Of a stretch of 64,000 bases of DNA, positions 57,493-64,000 are shown one piece after another. A program made the position numbers and the translations under genes. The stretch comes from an uncultured delta proteobacterium (GTDB lineage: Bacteria; Myxococcota_A; Polyangia; Polyangiales; Polyangiaceae): NCBI GenBank assembly GCA_963696385.1, contig CAVOKF010000007.1, forward strand, positions 512,001 to 576,000. The letters run 5' to 3'. Numbering within the stretch: the first letter of the stretch is position 1; each line of letters starts with the position of its first letter. The notes under the pieces are model-generated. The model did not search any database. It saw only the letters and a program-made list of their open reading frames with translations, and had not been told where the DNA came from.

Positions 57493-59385
57493 CTACGGTT
57501 TGGCAGCCCGGGGCCGGCCATCGGGTCGCCAGCGCAACTCGTAACTCGGTTCGCCCGGGCGTTCCGCGTCGAGCCGACGCGCGTGGGCGCCGAGGAGGTC
57601 GCTTCGCGTGAGGATCGCGACAACTCGACCCGGCTCGTGCCGCGAGACGACGGGGAGCCGCCCCACCCCCTCGTGGATCATGTGGTCCGCGGCCTCGCGC
57701 AGCGACGAGTCCATGAAGGCGACGGTGGGCGGACGTTTGACCCGATCGCGAATCTTGTCGGTGGGCGCGACCTGCTCGGGAGTCAGCAGATCGCGGCGGG
57801 TGAGGACTCCGACGAGGCGACCGCGATCGTCGACAACGGGGAAACCCTGATGGCTCGAGCCCGCGACGCCACTGGCAATCCACGTCCGAACCGCCTCGGT
57901 GGGGTCGTCGGCTCTCAGGGTCACGACGGGGGCCACGGCCGCATCGGCGACCAGGACCTGCTCCAAAAAGTCCGCGACGTACTCGCTGACGACGCGGGCT
58001 CCGCGTCGTGCGATCTTTTCGGTCATGATCGAGTGGCGCATCAGCAGCGCCGACACGAGGTAGGCGGTCGTACACCCACCCAAAAGGGGCAAAAGCCCCA
58101 TCGGTTGGCGCGTCGTCTCGAAAGCGAACACCACCGACGCAAGCAGCGCCCGCGACGCACCGGCGAAGAGCGCGGCCATGCCGACCAGCGCGGCCACGCG
58201 CACGTCGACCGCGGCACCCGGCAGCGCCCAGGCGGCGACCGAACCGAGCGCCGAACCGATACCGCCCCCGATGGTGAAAAGCGGAGCGAGCGTTCCGCCC
58301 AAGGTCCCGGTCCCGAGCGACAACGTCCACGAGACGAACTTGAGCACACAAAACGCCAGAGCGGCACGTCCTGCCAAATCGCCCGATAGAATCCGGTCGA
58401 TGTTGTCGTACCCCACCCCCATCGTATGCGGCGAGACGTATCCGACTGCGCCGACGACCACGCCGCCGATCGCCGGCCACCACATCCAATGAAGAGGGAC
58501 CTTCTCGAACACGTCCTCGACGGCGTAGACGGCGCGGGTCACCAGCGTCGAGACAAGGCCGACGACCGTACCCATGGCAACGTACACGGCGAGGGCCTGG
58601 CCGCTTGGCGCGGCGACCGTCGGCATGGAGAATGCCGGCTCGGACCCCACGAGGGCGATGCGCATACCGCACGCCGCGACGCTCGCGAGCGCCACGGGCA
58701 CCAGGGACCGAACGCGGTATTCGAATAGCAAGAGCTCAATGGCAAGCAGCACGGCGCTCACCGGGCTGGCGAACGTCGCCGACATCCCCGCTGCGGCCCC
58801 TGCCGCCAGCAGCGTCTTGCGCTGCTCGGCCGAGATGCGCAGGATCTGCCCGAGCAGGGACCCGAGGGCGCCACCTGTGGCGATGATCGGGCCTTCGGCG
58901 CCGAAGGGCCCGCCGGTGCCAATCGAAATGGCGGCCGAAAGCGGCTTGAGGAACGTGACCCGCGCAGGGATACGGCTCTCGTTGAAGAGCACCTGCTCCA
59001 TGGCCTCCGGGATGCCATGACCTCGAATGGCGGCCGACCCATAGCGAGCCATCGCGCCCACGGCGAGCCCGCCGACCACAGGCACGAGGACGACGAATCC
59101 GCCGAGGTGGTTGCCGGCAGGTCCGATGACATCCAAAGACCAGCGACCGTAGAACGCGAGGTTCGTGATGAGCCCGATGAGCGCCGTCAGGCTACGCGCG
59201 ATGCCTCCCGCGACAAGACCGATGCCGATGGCGAGGCCGCTGATCCCAAGGACGCGCGAGTCGACGGCCGGCCGCCGGATCGGCCCTCCCGCAGCCTCCA
59301 GGGTAGGCGCCAGCGAGGGGGCGATCGGAAGTCGGTCCGCGGAGCGATCGCTCGCGCGCACAGCTTCGTCATCGCGTATCGTCAC
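57493..59385 (-). CDS. ClC-family chloride channel/transporter with CBS pair
   Basis: GHGIPE, GAEGP, AAGAAAGMSATF, GGTLAP, GMAA; C-terminal CBS domains (HQGFPVVD, GRLPVV). Confidence 0.92.
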   Translation of the reverse strand: MTIRDDEAVRASDRSADRLPIAPSLAPTLEAAGGPIRRPAVDSRVLGISGLAIGIGLVAGGIARSLTALIGLITNLAFYGRWSLDVIGPAGNHLGGFVVLVPVVGGLAVGAMARYGSAAIRGHGIPEAMEQVLFNESRIPARVTFLKPLSAAISIGTGGPFGAEGPIIATGGALGSLLGQILRISAEQRKTLLAAGAAAGMSATFASPVSAVLLAIELLLFEYRVRSLVPVALASVAACGMRIALVGSEPAFSMPTVAAPSGQALAVYVAMGTVVGLVSTLVTRAVYAVEDVFEKVPLHWMWWPAIGGVVVGAVGYVSPHTMGVGYDNIDRILSGDLAGRAALAFCVLKFVSWTLSLGTGTLGGTLAPLFTIGGGIGSALGSVAAWALPGAAVDVRVAALVGMAALFAGASRALLASVVFAFETTRQPMGLLPLLGGCTTAYLVSALLMRHSIMTEKIARRGARVVSEYVADFLEQVLVADAAVAPVVTLRADDPTEAVRTWIASGVAGSSHQGFPVVDDRGRLVGVLTRRDLLTPEQVAPTDKIRDRVKRPPTVAFMDSSLREAADHMIHEGVGRLPVVSRHEPGRVVAILTRSDLLGAHARRLDAERPGEPSYELRWRPDGRPRAAKP

Positions 59386-59917
59386 CCGATCCTCGCAGTC
59401 CGCCTGGTGTGGGCGTCGAGGCGGTATCCTCGAAGAACATGTGCGGGGCGGTGCTCCCTAGGCCCATCGCACGCACGAAGGCCGACATCCCGAGAGCGAG
59501 CGCGGCGAGCTCGGACGGCGCCAAGCGGTGCAGCGCCTCGACGAGCCGGGCCTGCGTCGGCTCCGGGCACCGCGCGAGCAGTCGCCTTCCAGCCGCCGTC
59601 ACGTTGAGCTCGACTCGACGAGCGTCTTGCGCCGACAATCGTCGGATAACGAGCCTTTTGTCGATGAGCCGCTGCACCACGATCGACACCGAACTCTGGT
59701 CCGTCATCGTGCGCCGGGTCAGATCGCCGACCGACAAGGCGGGCGCCTCGGCCAGGACATGCAGGACGAAGAGCTGGGCGCCGCTGATTCCGGCGATCCG
59801 TTCGGCATCGCGCGCGCTCACGCGCAAGTCCCGTACGATGCGCCGGAGCCCATCCAAGATCCCGTGGACCCTTGACTTGTCGGCCGCGTGGATCCGGCCC
59901 TGTTCCAGTCGATGCAT
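59369..59917 (-). CDS. MarR-family transcriptional regulator
   Basis: ISGAQLFVL, DQSSVSIVVQRL, DARRVELNVTAAG; overlaps the ClC start; start approximate. Confidence 0.85.
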   Translation of the reverse strand: MHRLEQGRIHAADKSRVHGILDGLRRIVRDLRVSARDAERIAGISGAQLFVLHVLAEAPALSVGDLTRRTMTDQSSVSIVVQRLIDKRLVIRRLSAQDARRVELNVTAAGRRLLARCPEPTQARLVEALHRLAPSELAALALGMSAFVRAMGLGSTAPHMFFEDTASTPTPGGLRGSGDDTR

Positions 59918-59932
59918 TGGATCCCATGCATC
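59911..59932. promoter_or_regulatory. Near-perfect 22-bp palindrome, probable MarR operator
   Basis: GATGCATTGGATCCCATGCATC (one mismatched pair) spanning the marR start. Confidence 0.6.
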
Positions 59933-60097
59933 GTGGCATAGCCCGTCACCAGGCACGAGCGCAACCGCCAAGCCCAGTGCGCCCGAGACATGGCCGCGCT
60001 GGAAGTTCTCGCGTCCCCCCATGGGCGGCGCCGACCGAGGACCGTGACGGATGCGAGCCACCTGGCATGCATGCGCGCCCCCTTCGGTTCGCGTAAC

Positions 60098-60463
60098 TCA
60101 GCGGCTTGACGAACGTTGCCTCCGCAAGCGCTCCGCCCGCTCGACGTCAGACTCCGGAGCGCCAATCTCGGTGCCGCAGTTCATGCAGCGCGCCAAGAAC
60201 GGATTGACTCCGTACCGGCAGAGCCGCTTGTCGCACAGCGGGCACTTGATGATCGATAGCGCGTGACCGGATACCCCGACCGCGACGTAGTATACGAACA
60301 CGAGAAACCAACCGACCGCGCGACCGAATAAGGCGTCGCCGAGCCAGCGCACAGGGCCATAGACGATCGGCCAGCCCAAAGACACGACCACCACCGTCAT
60401 ACGGGTACGACGATATCGCCTCCACACCACCAGGTAGGGGTCCGTCTCGACAGCCATCGCCAC
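60098..60463 (-). CDS. Small two-TM protein with C-terminal Zn-ribbon
   Basis: Two hydrophobic segments, then CPLC...CMNC. Confidence 0.6.
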   Translation of the reverse strand: MAMAVETDPYLVVWRRYRRTRMTVVVVSLGWPIVYGPVRWLGDALFGRAVGWFLVFVYYVAVGVSGHALSIIKCPLCDKRLCRYGVNPFLARCMNCGTEIGAPESDVERAERLRRQRSSSR

Positions 60464-60699
60464 GAATACGGATGTCCGAGTGGGAACCTTACTCCCGGTC
60501 GTCTCCGAAAAGGCGTCGCCCCGTCATGCGGCCTCGCAGCGGTAGCGTGTTGGTCCGGTTCGGCTCGGTAATTCTCGCTTTCACCTGCGGTTCCGCGAGC
60601 GCGGCGGCGAGCACGAGTCGCAGTCGTCCCTGAGCGCGACGCACGCTCGGCGCTCGTCTTGGCTCGCCGATCGATCGGCGTCTGCGATGACGCCAGCGG

Positions 60700-61104
60700 T
60701 CACGTGTACAGCGTCCCCTCCTCGACGAAGCACAGCTCGTTGCCCCAGGGGTCGGTCACGTAGAACGATTTCTCTCCCCACGGGCGGACCATCACGTCGC
60801 TGGCGGGCTGGCCGTGGACCTTGAACGGCGCCAGAGCGCCAAGGGCCTTGGCGCGCGCGTGCACGGCCGAGACGTCCGCAACCGCGAAGTACAGGGACTT
60901 GGGCCCCGGCGTCGGCGGCAGGCCGCCCGCCGACACGTCGAGCACGGCGAGGATGACCCCCCCGCAACTGAAGTACTGGCGCGCTCCCGGGTGCCGCTTA
61001 CCCGGGGTGCCGAGCAACGTTGCGTAAAACGCAGCCGCCTCTTCGATGTCGGCGACTTCGACTGTGACCCGGAAGATCTTGGCGGTCGACTCGTTGCTGC
61101 TCAT
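60700..61104 (-). CDS. VOC/glyoxalase family protein
   Basis: VADIEEAAAFY, LYFAVADV, RPWGEKSFYVTDPWGNELCF; AAGGAG RBS. Confidence 0.88.
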   Translation of the reverse strand: MSSNESTAKIFRVTVEVADIEEAAAFYATLLGTPGKRHPGARQYFSCGGVILAVLDVSAGGLPPTPGPKSLYFAVADVSAVHARAKALGALAPFKVHGQPASDVMVRPWGEKSFYVTDPWGNELCFVEEGTLYT

Positions 61105-61216
61105 GGTCCTCTCCTTGTTTTTGCGTCCCATCCGTTCTTCGGCTCGTGCGTGGTCCTCGGGCCCGTGGGAGTCCACGGTTCGACCGAGGTCCCAACGGCG
61201 GGTGCGATCGACGGTT

Positions 61217-62218
61217 TCATGGTTTCTTTCTGCGCGGTTTGGTTGCCGGCGGGGGTTTGGCGGCGCCTCGTTCAAGCATCGTGCGTAGGACGCCGCGGAG
61301 CGCCGACGGGTCTTCGGGCTCGACCTCGCCGCCGCGCGTCCGGATCATGTCGGCGATCGCCCCGGCGCCCACCCCGCCGACGATCCACGGAACCGCGGCG
61401 CACGCGCTCGCGTAGTCGTCGACCAGCTCGCGGGCGCGCGCTCGCTCCGGAGTGATCGTGACCGAGAGCGCGACCAGCGCCGGAGAGATCGCCTCGATGG
61501 CGCTCCGAACGGCCCCCGGCGGCGTGCGCGCGCCGAGAAACACCGGACGCAGCCCCCAGCCCGAGAAGCGCATCGCCGTGCCGAGCAGGCCGAGCTCATG
61601 CTCGTCGTCCGCGAAGCAGGCGAGCAAGGCGCGCGAGTGGCTCTCCGACCCCGGAGAAAGTTGAAGCAGGTCGCGCAGGAGCGTACCGAGACGCTGCGAA
61701 GCGAGGTGCTCCTGGGCGACGGAGATCTCGCCCCGGTGCCACCGCTGGCCAATCTCGCGGAGCACCGGCACGAGAACCCGATCGAGAAGCGTGGTCGTGG
61801 ATCCAAGGAGCAGCAACCGCCGGAGCTGCCGATCGAGCCCGGCGTCGTCGAAGCGGGTCACGGCATCCATGAGCGCCTCGGCGAAGACGGCGTAGGGGTC
61901 GAGGCGCGCCTGGGCCTCGGCGCCATCGCCTCCGGACAGCAAGAGCCTCGCCGCTTCCGATGCGGCCATGCCCGCGTCGCAGAGGCGCCGCATCTCGCGC
62001 ACCTGCTCGAGGTCGTGCGGACCGTAAAGGCGGTAACCCGCGGCCGTGCGCTCCGGTGTCGGAATTCCGTAACGTCGCTCCCACGCGCGCAGCGTCGGCT
62101 CGGGGACACCCGTGAGCTCCGCGACCACGTGGATGCGGAGCGGGCCGCGGTGTGCGCCGGAATCGGGTGCCAGCCCCTGCGGGACCTGCTTCGGCGGAGG
62201 CGAGCCCGGATCACCCAT
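61217..62218 (-). CDS. carH: CarH/LitR-type B12-binding MerR-family photoregulator
   Basis: TLRAWERRYG...RTAAGYRLY; WHRGEISVAQEH (Wx9EH); DEHELG; FLGARTP; divergent from crtI. Confidence 0.85.
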   Translation of the reverse strand: MGDPGSPPPKQVPQGLAPDSGAHRGPLRIHVVAELTGVPEPTLRAWERRYGIPTPERTAAGYRLYGPHDLEQVREMRRLCDAGMAASEAARLLLSGGDGAEAQARLDPYAVFAEALMDAVTRFDDAGLDRQLRRLLLLGSTTTLLDRVLVPVLREIGQRWHRGEISVAQEHLASQRLGTLLRDLLQLSPGSESHSRALLACFADDEHELGLLGTAMRFSGWGLRPVFLGARTPPGAVRSAIEAISPALVALSVTITPERARARELVDDYASACAAVPWIVGGVGAGAIADMIRTRGGEVEPEDPSALRGVLRTMLERGAAKPPPATKPRRKKP

Positions 62219-62224
62219 GGGCGG

Positions 62225-62264
62225 TTGACAAGATTTGCATAAAGTTATACACAACGTTATACAC
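62225..62264. promoter_or_regulatory. CarH-type operator and crt promoter region
   Basis: TTGACA plus TnnA(C/T)A elements about every 11 bp; direct repeat GTTATACAC at 62244 and 62256. Confidence 0.7.
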
Positions 62265-62277
62265 CGTGGAGGGACCG

Positions 62278-63768
62278 ATGCCAACCAGTTCGGGCGCGCG
62301 GCGCGCGATCGTCATCGGCAGCGGGTTCGGGGGCCTCGCGGCAGCCGTTCGGCTCGGCGCGCGGGGCTGGGACGTCACGATCCTCGAGCGAAGCGATCGG
62401 CCCGGCGGCCGGGCGCGCGTGTGGAAGAGCGACGGCTTCACCTTCGACGCCGGCCCGACGGTCATCACCGCGCCGTTCCTCTTCGAGGAGCTTTGGGCCC
62501 TTTGCGGCAAGCGAATGGCCGACCACGTCGACCTGCGCCCCGTGTCGCCGTTCTATCGGATCCGTTTTCACGACGGGTCGATCTTCGACTACACGGGCGA
62601 CGCGGAGAAGATGCGCGCGGAGATCGAGCAACTCGCGCCCGACAATCTCGCCGGGTACGAGCGATTCGTGAAGAGGAGCGAGGACATCTTCTCCGTCGGG
62701 TTCGAGAGGCTCGCCCACGTCCCCTTCACCCGGTGGACGGACATGGCGCGCGTCGTTCCCGCCATGATGAGGCTCGAGAGCTACCGAACGGTCTACGGGC
62801 TCGTATTCAGGTTCGTCGAGGACGAGCGACTGCGCCAGGTCCTCAGCTTTCACCCGCTGCTCGTCGGCGGCAATCCGTTCACGACGACTTCGATCTACAG
62901 CCTGATCCCGTACCTCGAGCGAACGTGGGGCGTGCATTTCCCCATGGGGGGAACCGGCAGGCTGGTGCAGGGTCTGCTCGACCTCATTCACGGCCTGGGC
63001 GGATCGATCCGGTACGGCAGCACGGTCGAGCAGATCCGGGTCGAGGGGCGCCAGGTTCGAGGCGTTCGGCTGGCGTCGGGCGAGATGGTCGCGGCCGACG
63101 TCGTCGTCTCCAACGCCGACTCGGCGTGGACCTACCGCCACCTCGTGCCGTCGAAGTACCGGCGCCGCTGGACCGACCGCAAGCTCGACAACGCCCGCTA
63201 CTCGATGAGCCTCTTCGTCTGGTACTTCGGCACGAAGACGCAGTACCCCGACGTGGCGCACCACACGATCCTGCTCGGGCCGCGTTACAAGGAGCTCCTC
63301 TCGGACATCTTCCGGCGCCACGTGCTCGCCGAGGACTTCAGCCTGTACCTTCACAGGCCGACGGCGACGGACCCGGGGCTCGCCCCGGCCGGGTGCGACG
63401 GTTTCTACGTCCTGTCCCCCGTACCCAACCTCGAAGCGGGGATCGACTGGACCGAGCGCGCGGAGCCGTACCGAAGGGCGATCGAGAAGCACCTTGAAGC
63501 CACGCTGCTGCCCGGCCTGAGCCGCAACCTCGTGACGTCGCGCCTGATGACGCCCCAGCACTTCCAGGACGACCTTCTCAGCGTGAGAGGCGCGGCGTTC
63601 GGGCTCGAGCCCGTGCTCGGACAGAGCGCGTGGTTTCGCCCGCACAACCAAAGCGAGGAAGTCGGCGGCCTGTTCCTGGTGGGCGCGGGAACGCACCCCG
63701 GCGCCGGGGTGCCCGGCGTACTCTCGTCCGCCCGCGTGCTCGACTCGCTGGTGCCCCGTGCGGCGTAA
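62278..63768 (+). CDS. crtI: Phytoene desaturase
   Basis: VIGSGFGGLA, FDAGPTVITAP, FHPLLVGGNPF, FLVGAGTHPGAGVPGVLSSA. Confidence 0.95.
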   Translation: MPTSSGARRAIVIGSGFGGLAAAVRLGARGWDVTILERSDRPGGRARVWKSDGFTFDAGPTVITAPFLFEELWALCGKRMADHVDLRPVSPFYRIRFHDGSIFDYTGDAEKMRAEIEQLAPDNLAGYERFVKRSEDIFSVGFERLAHVPFTRWTDMARVVPAMMRLESYRTVYGLVFRFVEDERLRQVLSFHPLLVGGNPFTTTSIYSLIPYLERTWGVHFPMGGTGRLVQGLLDLIHGLGGSIRYGSTVEQIRVEGRQVRGVRLASGEMVAADVVVSNADSAWTYRHLVPSKYRRRWTDRKLDNARYSMSLFVWYFGTKTQYPDVAHHTILLGPRYKELLSDIFRRHVLAEDFSLYLHRPTATDPGLAPAGCDGFYVLSPVPNLEAGIDWTERAEPYRRAIEKHLEATLLPGLSRNLVTSRLMTPQHFQDDLLSVRGAAFGLEPVLGQSAWFRPHNQSEEVGGLFLVGAGTHPGAGVPGVLSSARVLDSLVPRAA

Positions 63769-64000
63769 CGCGAGCCCCGAAGACTTCGAGGCCTGCCGCG
63801 CCCTTCTCAGGGCCGGGTCGAAGAGCTTCGCCGTCGCGTCGTTGCTCTTGCCGAAGCGGGTGCGCCGACCTGCCGCCGCGGTCTACGCGTTCTGCCGCGT
63901 CGCCGACAATCGCATCGACGCCGACCCCGGCGCCACCGAAGCCGCGGTCGACGAGCTGCGCGACCGGCTCTACCGGATCTTCCTCGGACGGCCTGGAGAC
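63758..64000 (+). CDS. crtB: Phytoene synthase, 3'-truncated by the window edge
   Basis: GTG overlaps the crtI end; ACRALLRAGSKSFAVASLLLP...VYAFCRVADNRID. Confidence 0.85.
   Translation, partial: MRRNASPEDFEACRALLRAGSKSFAVASLLLPKRVRRPAAAVYAFCRVADNRIDADPGATEAAVDELRDRLYRIFLGRPGD

Overview
Very GC-rich bacterial DNA. The gene repertoire (Cys-rich 'D-A-G'-linker lipoproteins, Hanks-type kinase module, GH44, CarH-crtI-crtB) points to a myxobacterium, probably Polyangiaceae-like (inference). No rRNA, tRNA, CRISPR array, integrase or transposase was recognised. Main blocks: (1) end of an FtsK-like ATPase, an ABC pair and a metal ABC pair lacking its binding protein; (2) a ~10 kb organosulfur-scavenging cluster (ssuE, flavin reductase, ssuD, MsuC/SfnA-like, sfnG, SfnB-like) with sigma54 -24/-12 elements. 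Its SfnR-like activator is fused to an SsuA-like sulfonate-binding domain, and a ferritin-like diiron enzyme appears to belong to the regulon; (3) SWIM-SNF2, arsC with an arsR remnant, GST and a nucleotidyltransferase; (4) a long run of secreted/lipoprotein genes (di-haem propeller protein, two Cys-rich paralogues, GH44, Cip1-like, CE12-like esterase, PQQ-type propeller), four with apparent single frameshifts; (5) a tightly coupled Ser/Thr kinase - exported PEGA-like protein - lipoprotein module with a second lipoprotein paralogue, a candidate trans-envelope signalling system; (6) sulfatase-like membrane protein, DUF2844/DUF3443, NsrR-like regulator plus cytochrome c, moaE remnant, cobA, MarR-ClC, VOC, and carH divergent from crtI-crtB. 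Four intergenic GGGGTC/GCGGTC hexamer arrays occur. All calls come from motif recognition by eye; no database searches were run.
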